Both the position numbers and the translations under genes were made by a program. The notes beneath the pieces are model-generated. The model was given only the letters and a program-made list of their open reading frames with translations. It was not told the origin of the DNA and searched no databases. From the NCBI GenBank assembly GCA_007130885.1, contig SLRQ01000020.1, positions 20,236 through 84,235 on the forward strand: DNA of 64,000 bases, read 5' to 3'. This stretch comes from Deltaproteobacteria bacterium (lineage in GTDB: Bacteria > Myxococcota > Myxococcia > SLRQ01). This document shows, piece after piece, positions 55,273-64,000 of the stretch (its first letter is position 1; each line of letters begins with the position of its first letter).

Positions 55273-56184
55273 TCAAGTCTCCCGCTCTCGCCATGCCGGA
55301 GGGGGCTTGTAGGTCCACCGAGGCGTCGGCTCGATTTTGGGGCGCCGGAGGCGCTCGGTGTAGGCGCGACTGAAAACGGCCCCGAAAAAGACCACCAGTG
55401 TGGAGTAGTACACCCACAGCACCACCACCACCAGCGCTCCGGCCGCGCCGTAAGCGGAGGCTACCGCGCCTCTCCCAAGGTAAAAGCCCAAAGCAACCCT
55501 GCCTACGGTGAAGAAAACCGCCGCGACGATTCCGCCGTAAAATGCCGGACGCCAGCCTACGGGCACATCCGGCAAAACTTTGAATAGCACCGTGAATACG
55601 CCGGCTACCAACAAGCTGATCGCTACAGCATCCAGCGCGCGGATGAGGTATTGCGGCACAGCGACCCACCGGGCTGCCTCCTCTCCGGCCATGGAGACTA
55701 CGGTCGAGGCAATGACGGAGGCCACCAGAAGCAGGCCTACCAGCACAACGAGAGCGAACGAAAGCAGTCGCTTCTCCATTTGTCGCCAGGCCTGCTGCCC
55801 CAGCCCGCTCGGTGTCTCCGGAGGGCGGCCCCAGATCTGGTTGAGAGCTTTTTGTAATTGAACGAACAGCCTGGTGGAGGCGAAAACCAGCAAGGCGATT
55901 CCGGTGATCGTCGCGATGAGCCCGGTTCCCGGGCGAGGCCTCTCCCTCACCATTTCGCCGAACAGCTCCGCGGGTCCGGGCCCGATCTCTCTTGCGATGA
56001 ATGCCTGAACGTACCCCCTCACTACCTCGTCCTCCAGGATTAGACCTGCAATCCCGGCTGCCAGCACTACCAGCGGCGCCAGCGAGAAGATCGCATAGAA
56101 GGAGATGGCTGCACCGAGCATGGTCGTTCTAGCCTTGCCGTAGAGCTTTGCCGTCTCCTTGAAGATCGCCATCAACTCGCGCAT
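55273..56184 (-). CDS. YihY/BrkB family membrane protein
   Basis: GAAISFYAIFSLAP, QKALNQIW, LFKVLPD, YGAAGALVVVVLWVYYS. Confidence 0.92.
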   Translation of the reverse strand: MRELMAIFKETAKLYGKARTTMLGAAISFYAIFSLAPLVVLAAGIAGLILEDEVVRGYVQAFIAREIGPGPAELFGEMVRERPRPGTGLIATITGIALLVFASTRLFVQLQKALNQIWGRPPETPSGLGQQAWRQMEKRLLSFALVVLVGLLLVASVIASTVVSMAGEEAARWVAVPQYLIRALDAVAISLLVAGVFTVLFKVLPDVPVGWRPAFYGGIVAAVFFTVGRVALGFYLGRGAVASAYGAAGALVVVVLWVYYSTLVVFFGAVFSRAYTERLRRPKIEPTPRWTYKPPPAWRERET

Positions 56185-56194
56185 GACCGATACG

Positions 56195-56920
56195 CTATTG
56201 ACTGCCTTGGTGCATCGGTAGCAGCGTTTGTCCCTCCGGGCAGTGAGGAGGAAGCGGGCACTGCCCGCATCTAGGTCGCCGCGCCGGACAAAGTTTTCTG
56301 CCATGCCATATGGTTTGATGGCTGAAGCTTACCCAGCGTGCTCGGGGAATGATGGCCATGAGGCAGCGCTCGATCCTTACCGGATCCTTGACGCCGTGGA
56401 AACGCCAGCGGCGGGTTACCCGCTTCACATGTGTGTCAACGACTACACCTTCAGCCGCGCCGAAGGCAGAACCCATGACTACGTTAGCGGTCTTGCGGGC
56501 GACACCCGGGAGGGTCAACAGCTCGTCCATCTCGCCCGGAACCTCTCCCCCGTAATGCTCGTGAACTCTTCTTGCGGCGGCGATTATGTTTCTGGCCTTG
56601 TTCCTGAAGAAACCGGTAGACCGAATCAGCGTCTCCACCTCCAGTGGCGAGGCATGGCTCAACGAGGCGGCATCCGGAAAGTGGGTGAACAGCCGCCTAG
56701 TGACTTGGTTTACGACCTCGTCGGTGCACTGAGCCGATAAGATCGTGGCGATTAGGAGCTGAAAGGGGTCGTGGTGCCGAAGTGCCGTAGTGACGCTGGG
56801 GTAAAGTTTCTCGAGCGTACCGAGTATTGCGGACACACGAGCCTCGGTCGGACGCGGAGCATCGGCCAGCTTGCTGTACTCCTTACGGGTCTTGGGAATG
56901 GTGGGCCTTCGTGGCGACAT
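56195..56920 (-). CDS. nth: Endonuclease III
   Basis: LLIATILSAQCTD, LPGVARKTANVV (HhH), VDTHV, C..RRPRC..CPL..HC 4Fe-4S motif. Confidence 0.95.
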   Translation of the reverse strand: MSPRRPTIPKTRKEYSKLADAPRPTEARVSAILGTLEKLYPSVTTALRHHDPFQLLIATILSAQCTDEVVNQVTRRLFTHFPDAASLSHASPLEVETLIRSTGFFRNKARNIIAAARRVHEHYGGEVPGEMDELLTLPGVARKTANVVMGSAFGAAEGVVVDTHVKRVTRRWRFHGVKDPVRIERCLMAIIPRARWVSFSHQTIWHGRKLCPARRPRCGQCPLPPHCPEGQTLLPMHQGSQ

Positions 56921-57080
56921 GACGTCGCATGATGAGTTGCTCTCCCGGGAAGCGTCAAGCTTCGAGCACACTCGATTTTTGCTGTGGTACTGGACAGGTC
57001 ATGCAGTTTCGCTAAACTTGTACGATATCAGCGGAGTGGTACGGGGCCGCGCCGCTTGATGGGAAGCCGGGGAAAATCCA

Positions 57081-58280
57081 ATGAAGCCTGCCACAGGGGA
57101 AGCGGGTCGAGATGGGAGGCCTGCTGGGCGAGGCCTAACGGCGGAGCCGTGCCGTTTGCCGAGGATCGTCTCCGTTCTATCGATTGAGACTACAACAGGG
57201 CGTAGGCCATCTCTCTTGCTTGGCGCATTCATGGAAGAGGTCTTTACCGTGGAGACAGCCGCCACAGTCGATGAAGGGATAGATGCTCTGTCGCGGAGCT
57301 CGTTCGATGTGGTGCTGCTCGAGGTTTGCTCTCGGGCCGGCGGGGGACTCGAGCCACTTCGGCGGTTGCGCGTGGAGCAACCGGATATCCCGGTGGTGCT
57401 GTTGAACGATATGTCCGATGCGGGAGATAGGGTTGCTCTGCAGGCGATTGGTCTCGGCGCCCAGGACTACCTCCAAGGTGATGGTCTGACGACGAGTGGC
57501 TTGTCGAGGGCGCTTCTTCATACCGTGGCCCGTAGCCTTGCGGCGAGAAACCCCAAGCCGCCAAGCCATGCATGGTGGACGAAAATGGCGCGTCGCCAGC
57601 GGCATCTCGAGCGAATGAACAAGGAGCTTGAGGCCTTCAACCATAGCTTGGCGCATGATCTTAGGGGACCGCTTTGCACCCTCATTGGTATGAGTGAGAT
57701 CTTGAGTGACGAGTGCCTGCAGCACTTGGACGCAAACGGCAGGTACTACCTGGAGCGGATCTGCAAGGTCGCCTCCTCGATGGAGCGGGTAATCGAGGGT
57801 ATGGTCGAGCTTACGCGCGGGTACGAAAAGGCATTACAGCGCCGGAGAGTGAATCTCTCGGCGCTGGTTCGTGACATCTGTGAGGAGCGATCTCATGAGG
57901 AGCCTCATAGGGGCGTCACCTGTCTGGTAGAGGATGGTGTGGAGGTTTTGGGTGATCCCAGAATGTTGGAGATTGTCGTCGATAACCTGGTGGGCAATGC
58001 CTGGAAGTTCACGGCGTCGTCATCCTCGGCCCGGATCGAGTTTGGAAGAAAGCGGCTGGATGGAGTGGATGTCATCTTCGTGAGAGACGATGGCCCAGGC
58101 TTCGATCCTTCAGTCGCCGGCTCGCTGTTCAAGCCTTTCTTCAAGATGAACGAGGGTATGCACGGGCTCGGAGTGGGTCTCTCGATAGTGCACCGAATCA
58201 TCAGCCGCCACGGCGGGAAGCTGTGGGCCGAGAGTTCCCCGGGAAACGGAGCGAGTTTCTACTTCACGCTTGGTGGCTGA
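57081..58280 (+). CDS. Histidine kinase with an N-terminal degenerate receiver
   Basis: AHDLRGPL, NLVGNAWKF, DDGPGF, GLGVGL; receiver reads DVVLLEV with no Asp, Thr or Lys. Start uncertain. Confidence 0.85.
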   Translation: MKPATGEAGRDGRPAGRGLTAEPCRLPRIVSVLSIETTTGRRPSLLLGAFMEEVFTVETAATVDEGIDALSRSSFDVVLLEVCSRAGGGLEPLRRLRVEQPDIPVVLLNDMSDAGDRVALQAIGLGAQDYLQGDGLTTSGLSRALLHTVARSLAARNPKPPSHAWWTKMARRQRHLERMNKELEAFNHSLAHDLRGPLCTLIGMSEILSDECLQHLDANGRYYLERICKVASSMERVIEGMVELTRGYEKALQRRRVNLSALVRDICEERSHEEPHRGVTCLVEDGVEVLGDPRMLEIVVDNLVGNAWKFTASSSSARIEFGRKRLDGVDVIFVRDDGPGFDPSVAGSLFKPFFKMNEGMHGLGVGLSIVHRIISRHGGKLWAESSPGNGASFYFTLGG

Positions 58281-58302
58281 CTCGTCCTGTCTCTCGCGCG
58301 CG

Positions 58303-58342
58303 TTGACAGCGCGATGATTCGATTGCAACCTACAGTTTCAAT
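58303..58342 (+). promoter_or_regulatory. Putative sigma70 promoter and operator upstream of pspA
   Basis: TTGACA (58303-58308), 17 nt, then a weak -10 CAACCT overlapped by ATTGCAA-N7-TTTCAAT. Confidence 0.4.
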
Positions 58343-58362
58343 CCCAACCCGGGCTCTTACCA

Positions 58363-59124
58363 ATGGGAATGTGGCAGCGTATCAAGCGTGTTTTTCGGAC
58401 TCTTGCCGGATCGTCCATCTCGGCGTTGGAGGATCCAGAGAAGATCCTCGAGCAAAACATCCGCGAGTTGAACGAGCAGGTTCCCAAGATGAACCAGTCG
58501 ATCGCCATGGTAAGGGCGAACGTGACGCTGCTCGAGAAGGAGATGGAAAAGTATCGCCGTGAGATTTCCGATTTGTCCGGGAAGATAAAGGTCGCCATAG
58601 AGGCTGAAAACGACGAGGCCGCGGCGCACTATGCGGTTCGGTTCCAGCAGCTTCAAGGTCATCTGGCTGACACCGAGGGACAAATCGATGCCGCCCGACA
58701 CGCTTATGATAGATCCCTCGAGGTGAAGAAGCTCTTCTTGAGGGAGAAGAACAGCAAAATCAGGCAGGCCCAGCAGGCGCTACAGGAGCATCGCCGGGCA
58801 CAGTGGCAGGCTAGGGTGGCGGACGTCCTCGAGGGCTTCGACGTCGAGGGACTGGACGCAACTCATGACGACATGATTCGCCGGATCCAGGAGAAGACCG
58901 CCTTGAGTCAGGCACGGCTGGAGGTTGCTCTGGATTCGGTGGACCACAAGTCATCGAGGATTGAAGAAGACGCCGAGAGGCTTCGCGCAAAGGAGCTGGT
59001 CGAGAGAATCAAGCTTCAGCTTGGCGAGGAGAAGAGCCGGCCCCTGGAGGATGGAGAGCCGGCCGGCCGGCTGGGCGAGGGTGCAACGAGCAAGACCGGC
59101 GATGAGAGAGAGAAGGAAGACTGA
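58363..59124 (+). CDS. pspA: PspA/IM30 (ESCRT-III-like) protein
   Basis: MGMWQRIKRVFR amphipathic helix 0, EDPEKILEQ.IRE, long coiled coil, A.L.VA. Confidence 0.92.
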   Translation: MGMWQRIKRVFRTLAGSSISALEDPEKILEQNIRELNEQVPKMNQSIAMVRANVTLLEKEMEKYRREISDLSGKIKVAIEAENDEAAAHYAVRFQQLQGHLADTEGQIDAARHAYDRSLEVKKLFLREKNSKIRQAQQALQEHRRAQWQARVADVLEGFDVEGLDATHDDMIRRIQEKTALSQARLEVALDSVDHKSSRIEEDAERLRAKELVERIKLQLGEEKSRPLEDGEPAGRLGEGATSKTGDEREKED

Positions 59125-59166
59125 CGCCTCGCGTGCCGGAAGGCGCCCGGGCTGGAGGACTACCTG

Positions 59167-60033
59167 ATGAGTGACGATCTCCGGCTGCCGGCGAGGCGAA
59201 CCGGAGGCGAAAGCAGGCCCGCTACGCCGACCTATTTGGGTGAGGCTTTTCTCAACCCTATCAATCTCGCCGCATTGTCGGCCGCGCTTGGCGCTTCCAT
59301 TCTCTTGGTGAACCCGATCCCTATCGCGGTAGCCGCCGGTGCCGAGCTTCTGTACCTTGGGACCGTTCCCGGAACCCGGCGCTTTAGGGAGATGGTGGAT
59401 AGACGGAACCTTCGCCGCCGTCGTATGCAACATTACAAGGCCGATGCCGCCTTATATGGGTCTCTTTCGCCCGAGCAGCAGAAGGTCGTGGACGGGCTGA
59501 AGAAGATACGCGACGAGATTCATTCGAACTACGGTCGCCTCGGCGGTGGAAGCCAGCTGTTGATCGGCCCTTCGCTGGCACGAGTGGACAGCCTAATCTC
59601 CAGTTTTCTAAGACTGATGGATCAGTTGAACGCCTACCGGCAGTACTTGGGAGCGGCGAACAAAGCGCAAATCGATCGCGAGATCGGTGAGCTTGGCACC
59701 GAGATCGACCAAGATGAGCCCGGGCGCCTGCGGGACATCAAGGAGCGGCGTCTTGGGATCCTCGAGCAGCGGCGGGCCAGGTTCGGACGCGCGGAGGAGA
59801 ACCGGGAGGTCATCAGCCACCAGCTGGCAGCCATTGAGGATATCCTGCGGCTTATTCATGAACAGTCCTTGACGGCGCGCGATCCACAGGACATATCGCG
59901 CCTCCTGGATACGTTGGCTGTGGAGGTCGAGGAGATGCAGGGTACTATCCATGAGATGGAGAGCTTCCTCCAAATCCAAGCGGAGGTGGAGGAGGAGTTG
60001 GCGCCCAGGCCTCCCAGTGGCGGTGGCAGATAG
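59167..60033 (+). CDS. Hypothetical membrane-anchored coiled-coil protein
   Basis: N-terminal hydrophobic hairpin (NLAALSAALGASILLVNPIPIAVAAGAELLYL) followed by about 200 aa of heptad helix. Confidence 0.8.
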   Translation: MSDDLRLPARRTGGESRPATPTYLGEAFLNPINLAALSAALGASILLVNPIPIAVAAGAELLYLGTVPGTRRFREMVDRRNLRRRRMQHYKADAALYGSLSPEQQKVVDGLKKIRDEIHSNYGRLGGGSQLLIGPSLARVDSLISSFLRLMDQLNAYRQYLGAANKAQIDREIGELGTEIDQDEPGRLRDIKERRLGILEQRRARFGRAEENREVISHQLAAIEDILRLIHEQSLTARDPQDISRLLDTLAVEVEEMQGTIHEMESFLQIQAEVEEELAPRPPSGGGR

Positions 60034-60075
60034 TGTATGAGTAGTCAGGACGGCGTTCGATAAGGAGCAAAAAGC

Positions 60076-61725
60076 ATGTCCGTTTACGTTTACTCCAGGA
60101 AGGGTTTTCTGTTTTTGGTCGTGTTACTCGTGCTTTGCGCTGTAGTTGTATTCTTGATGCGCGAGGCGGCAGAGGATCACGCCGAGCTTATTGAGTCCGT
60201 TCCGGAGGATGCGGTGGCGGTCATGCACCTGTCCGATGTGGCTCGGCTCGGGGAGAAGCTGGATGTTGGCTTGAACAGGCTGGGGCTGGAGCGCCACGTG
60301 GGGCGACTTCTGCGTGATATGGAAAGGCAGCTCGGGTTCGATCCCTTCGACGAGGATGCCCTCCGGAGTCGCGGAATTCAGACCTCTGCTGGAGTGGCGC
60401 TGTATGCACCGCCACCGGGTAGGCAGGGTGTCGTCATTCTCGGTATTAGGGACCGGGGTCTTTTCGAGAGTGCATTGATCGAGGTCCTCTCGGCTCGAAC
60501 CGGCGCGGAGCTGGGCGAGGAGAGAGAGCACGCGGGAGTGGCTGTCCGCGTTGCCGAGGTGCGAGGCCGAGCCGTTGTGGCCTGGGCGTATGCGGGTGAT
60601 GTGGTTCTGCTCTCCGCTGGCCCAAGGGCGGTTGAACGTGTGGGTGCGGGCGCTTTGGTCCAAGACGGCAGTGTTAGGGAGAATGTGTGGTTTCGGCGCG
60701 GAGAGGAAGCGGTTTGGGACGACGCCGATGTCCGGCTTTGGACGTCGAATGAAGGAGGGCGGTACCTGTCGCATCCGCTTTCTCGCGCCTTGGAAGCCGT
60801 CGCGGTGGGACTGCGGTTTTCAGAGGATGGCGTAAGCGGACGGGTATGGGGCGGCATGGAGTCGCCGGCCCGAGGCATGCTGGAACCTCTCGAGGAGGCC
60901 GGAGGGGTCGAGGAACGACTAAAGATGCTCGATTCCGAAGCCATAGTGGCAGGCCGAGCAAACGTCGATTTGGCTGCAGCCTGGCGGGTCGCGCGTCTCG
61001 GTGGGTTGCCCCGCCATCTCGAGGAGCTTTCCGCACAGCTAACCGCGCGCGGGCTGCGCGTTGAGAGAGATGTCCTGCCGTTGCTGGAGGGAGTGTTTTT
61101 GATGGATGCCGGTATGGCGGGCCGAGATCATCCCTTTGACATAGGCCGTCTGGATCCAAGAAGGCTCAACCCCTTCCTCTACATCAGAGCGGCTGTTTTG
61201 GCGCCGCTGGTGGATGTGGAGAGGGCCGAGGAGTTGATGCCGAAGGTCGCTCCGGCGGTTGCGAAGGCTGTTCGAGGACGCCTCGAGAAGGTGGAGATCG
61301 ATGGACACGAGGCATACGAGATCCATTACCACCTCGGTCGAGGCATGACGTTCGGGATTTCCCACGGAATGCTGGTCGCGACCGGTGGTTCTGGAGCCTA
61401 TGCCGCGGCGCTGGAGAGACTCGAGGGGCAGGGCCGACTAGCGCTCATCGATGATCCCGTTGTGGCAGATCGTTTCTCGGAGCAGGGATCACTCGCTTTG
61501 TTGCTTGATATCCCGAACCTCATCTCGAATGTCGAGGATCTGCCAGCCGAATCATTCGGCGGAGGACCGACCGGCATGATGGTCCGGTCGGCCGTCGAGC
61601 GGCTCCTGGGTCCGGTGGGCAATTTGACCAGAGTCGCCGCTTCCCTGTCCGTCGATGATCACGGTGTAGTAGGTGACCTAACCATCGGGTTTCATCCTCT
61701 CGAAGCAGAGGCGTCCGGTAAATGA
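60076..61725 (+). CDS. Membrane-anchored periplasmic protein (DUF3352-like)
   Basis: Single N-terminal TM, ESVPEDA, LGFDPFD..AL...GI, alpha/beta repeats; family call is tentative. Confidence 0.65.
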   Translation: MSVYVYSRKGFLFLVVLLVLCAVVVFLMREAAEDHAELIESVPEDAVAVMHLSDVARLGEKLDVGLNRLGLERHVGRLLRDMERQLGFDPFDEDALRSRGIQTSAGVALYAPPPGRQGVVILGIRDRGLFESALIEVLSARTGAELGEEREHAGVAVRVAEVRGRAVVAWAYAGDVVLLSAGPRAVERVGAGALVQDGSVRENVWFRRGEEAVWDDADVRLWTSNEGGRYLSHPLSRALEAVAVGLRFSEDGVSGRVWGGMESPARGMLEPLEEAGGVEERLKMLDSEAIVAGRANVDLAAAWRVARLGGLPRHLEELSAQLTARGLRVERDVLPLLEGVFLMDAGMAGRDHPFDIGRLDPRRLNPFLYIRAAVLAPLVDVERAEELMPKVAPAVAKAVRGRLEKVEIDGHEAYEIHYHLGRGMTFGISHGMLVATGGSGAYAAALERLEGQGRLALIDDPVVADRFSEQGSLALLLDIPNLISNVEDLPAESFGGGPTGMMVRSAVERLLGPVGNLTRVAASLSVDDHGVVGDLTIGFHPLEAEASGK

Positions 61726-62447
61726 TAGAGGCTTCGGGTGTGCACAAGTCCTTCACGGACGGCAGCGGCATGCAGCGGGTTTTGGATGGTCTCGAATTGG
61801 AGGTGGCCAAGGGCGAGTTCGTGGCCATACTCGGCGAGAGCGGCTCGGGTAAGAGCACCTTGCTTCACTTGATAGGGGGCCTGGATAGCGACTTTGAAGG
61901 CCGGATTGTGGTTGACGGCCGCTCGCTGCGTGGTCTCGGCGATGCATCGCTTTCTCGATTCAGGGCCGAAACGATAGGCTTCGTGTTTCAAGATTTCCAC
62001 TTGGTTCCAGAGCTGTCGGCGCTGGAGAACGTGGCTCTACCCGGCTGGTTTGAAACGGCTGGTGGTGATGCGGCCAGCCTACGAGCCAGGGCCGTGGAAA
62101 TACTGGATATGGTAGGCCTTGAGGGTAAGGAACACCGCCGACCCGATCACCTTTCCGGTGGCGAGCGTCAGAGAGTCGCCATAGCGAGGGCGCTGTTTTC
62201 CAAGCCGAAGATCTTGCTTTGCGACGAGCCGACGGGGAACTTGGACGCCAAGACGGGCAGAGAGATTATCGCTCTCTTCCAGCGGTTGGGTTCCGGTGGG
62301 ATAACTCTCCTGATGGTCACTCACGAAGCGCGGGTGGCGGAGGCTGCGAGCAGGGTGCTTCGTCTTTCCAGAGGAAAGCTTCATGCCTCGGGAAGTGCCG
62401 AGGGAGAAGCCTCGAAGGTGTTGCTGACTGATGAGGCTTCGCGATGA
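61722..62447 (+). CDS. ABC transporter ATP-binding protein (LolD/MacB-like)
   Basis: GESGSGKST, IGFVFQDFHL, LSGGERQRVAIARAL, LLCDEPTGNLD. Confidence 0.95.
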   Translation: MIEASGVHKSFTDGSGMQRVLDGLELEVAKGEFVAILGESGSGKSTLLHLIGGLDSDFEGRIVVDGRSLRGLGDASLSRFRAETIGFVFQDFHLVPELSALENVALPGWFETAGGDAASLRARAVEILDMVGLEGKEHRRPDHLSGGERQRVAIARALFSKPKILLCDEPTGNLDAKTGREIIALFQRLGSGGITLLMVTHEARVAEAASRVLRLSRGKLHASGSAEGEASKVLLTDEASR

Positions 62448-63781
62448 CTTTTCGAAGGCTCCTATCGGTTGCGCTGATCAACGTGCGTCGTGACAGGCGG
62501 GGGTTCCTCCTGTCGTCGCTGGGCGTTTCGATTGGTGTAGCCGCGTTCGTCTATTTCATGGGGCTGGGAGAAGGAGTCGCGCGAGTCGTCAGAGAGGAGA
62601 TTTTCCCCGTAGACACGAGGCACGTGAAGGTAGTTCCGCAGCGGCTGTCGCTTGGATCATTCCTTGGAGGGGGAGTGCTCGATGACGAGGCCGTCGAGAG
62701 GCTCGCATCTCTGGAGGGGGTTGCGCGCCGGTACCGAAAGGTGGAGCTGGAAGTCCCGGGAATCAGCCAGTACGACGGGGACTTCTTCGGCAGGCGCGTG
62801 CGGATGGGAGTGGACATAATGGGCGTGGGGGTCGACCCCGACTTTGTCCGGGAGGACATTGCGGACGGATATTCATTCGAGGATCCGGGTGAGGACGAAT
62901 GGATTGCCCGCAGGCAGGCTTCTCCTCCCGATACGACTGTCCCCGTCGTGGTCTCCCGGCGGCTATTGGAGATCTACAACACTACGTTTGCGCCTGCCCG
63001 CCGGCTTCCACGAATAGACGACGCCCAGTTGATAGGTTTCAAGTTCCCTTTGACTCTAGGGGCTTCATATGTGGCTCGGCCGGGAAGGATGTCTCGTCGG
63101 ACCGTTATGCTTGAAGTCGTTGGAGTCTCCGATCGCTCTCTTCTGCTTGGTGTGACGCTCCCCATCGAGACGGTTCAGCGATGGAACGCCATGGCCAAGG
63201 AAGACCCGGGCGAACCGGATCGGTACAGCGCGGTAGTTCTCGTGGCCGAGGGGCAGGAGAGAGCGAGTCGGCTCATTCCCGAGGTGAGAGCAGCAGGGTT
63301 CGAAGTGGATGAGACGGAAGCCAGGCTCGCGGAGGAGGCGGGATCGGCGGTCAGGATGACCGCGGTGGTGCTCTCGACTCTCTCGTTCGTGATATTGGGA
63401 CTTGCCGCCGTCAGCATTGGTCGTGCGGCGTATGCTCACGTCGCGGCTCGTACCAGGGAAGTCGGTGTGATGCGTGCGGTCGGCGCTCGACGCGTTCATG
63501 TGGCGTCGATAGTGCTCTCGGAGTCCGTTCTGGCCGGTTTCGTGGGTGGAATTGCCGGGCTGTTGTTAGCGCTGGTTGGAGCCTGGACCACGGATCTCTT
63601 GGTTGCAAGCTTCGTCGCGGACTTCCCATTCAAGCCGGAGAGTTTCTTTGTCTTTCCTTCTTGGCTGCCCTTCGCCGGATTCGCAGCGGCGCTTCTCGCG
63701 GCAGGGGTAGGTGCTCTGCTTCCCGCGGTCGCCGCCGCGCGCCTCGATCCGGTAAAGGCCTTGGCGGGTGGTACTCGGTAA
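62444..63781 (+). CDS. ABC transporter permease (MacB/FtsX/LolE-like)
   Basis: TM1, large periplasmic domain, RTREVGVMRAVGA, three C-terminal TMs, AARLDPVKAL. Confidence 0.9.
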   Translation: MTFRRLLSVALINVRRDRRGFLLSSLGVSIGVAAFVYFMGLGEGVARVVREEIFPVDTRHVKVVPQRLSLGSFLGGGVLDDEAVERLASLEGVARRYRKVELEVPGISQYDGDFFGRRVRMGVDIMGVGVDPDFVREDIADGYSFEDPGEDEWIARRQASPPDTTVPVVVSRRLLEIYNTTFAPARRLPRIDDAQLIGFKFPLTLGASYVARPGRMSRRTVMLEVVGVSDRSLLLGVTLPIETVQRWNAMAKEDPGEPDRYSAVVLVAEGQERASRLIPEVRAAGFEVDETEARLAEEAGSAVRMTAVVLSTLSFVILGLAAVSIGRAAYAHVAARTREVGVMRAVGARRVHVASIVLSESVLAGFVGGIAGLLLALVGAWTTDLLVASFVADFPFKPESFFVFPSWLPFAGFAAALLAAGVGALLPAVAAARLDPVKALAGGTR

Positions 63782-63791
63782 GCTTATGTGC

Positions 63792-64000
63792 TCACCAGTC
63801 TTCGGTTCCGTCTCGCCCGCTCAGAGGATCTTCGGTGCTCCGCCGTCCCCTTCTCGGTTCCTCCTTCGGCTCATCGATGGTCCAGCCCTCGGTGCCGCTT
63901 CGGCCGGAGAGAGGGTCGTCCGGGGGTCGCTCCCGGCGTTGTCGTCTTGAAGGGCTCTCGCGAAGCAGTGCAGCGACCAAACCCGCTACTTCAGCCTCGA
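63792..64000 (-). CDS. C-terminal end of a hypothetical protein running off the window
   Basis: Frame is open from the window end to TGA at 63792 and contains DDPLSGRSGTEGW / EDPLSGRDGTEDW. Confidence 0.55.
   Translation of the reverse strand, partial: EAEVAGLVAALLRESPSRRQRRERPPDDPLSGRSGTEGWTIDEPKEEPRRGRRSTEDPLSGRDGTEDW

Noticed and set aside
2180-62859. Numerous long overlapping or antisense ORFs in the track (e.g. 2180-2968+, 8318-9139-, 19633-20562-, 34156-34953-, 35776-36585+, 36929-37843-)
   Set aside because: They are shadows of motif-bearing genes in high-GC DNA and have no recognisable motifs or RBS
1-64000. Prophage, IS, integrase or selenoprotein recoding
   Set aside because: No transposase, integrase or phage structural motifs were seen, and no recognised gene is interrupted by an in-frame TGA

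Overview
GC-rich chromosomal window with no tRNA, rRNA, CRISPR array, transposase or prophage gene. It is most consistent with a Myxococcota/Deltaproteobacteria genome (inference from an eps-type locus with an EpsW-like receiver, mevalonate-pathway genes, a REC-DUF4388 regulator and a delta-type SspB). From left to right: (1) an isoprenoid/lipid-carrier region with a mevalonate kinase missed by the ORF track because it runs off the left edge, type-2 IPP isomerase, thiolase, ACBP and uppS-cdsA without dxr; (2) a contiguous Wzx/Wzy exopolysaccharide locus (12.2-25.8 kb) syntenic with Myxococcus epsZ-wzx-epsY-epsX-epsW-epsV, followed by wzy, two GT2 domains, two LbH acetyltransferase domains, a BY-pseudokinase and a GNAT; (3) an accessory patch with a low-GC ThiF protein, a secreted YXWGXW-repeat protein and an Fn3/Kelch lipoprotein; (4) a tRNA/RNA-maintenance run (nrnA, truB, dtd, HIT, trmI); (5) an aldehyde:ferredoxin oxidoreductase with a MoaD/ThiS protein, hrpB and an MFS transporter; (6) a sigma54-driven periplasmic protein/sensor kinase/NtrC-type regulator operon; (7) an orphan Mod-like DNA methyltransferase, sspB, signalling genes, ttcA and nth; (8) a pspA-led putative envelope-stress operon ending in a MacB/LolCDE-type ABC transporter. 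The best candidates for undescribed biology are a rhomboid lacking its catalytic Ser that carries an SspB-like ClpX-docking motif (a possible bacterial Derlin analogue), the PspA operon with an uncharacterised membrane coiled-coil partner, the Cys-rich sigma54 three-component sensor, and the acyltransferase-rich compact EPS locus. All family calls come from motif recognition by eye; no database search was run.
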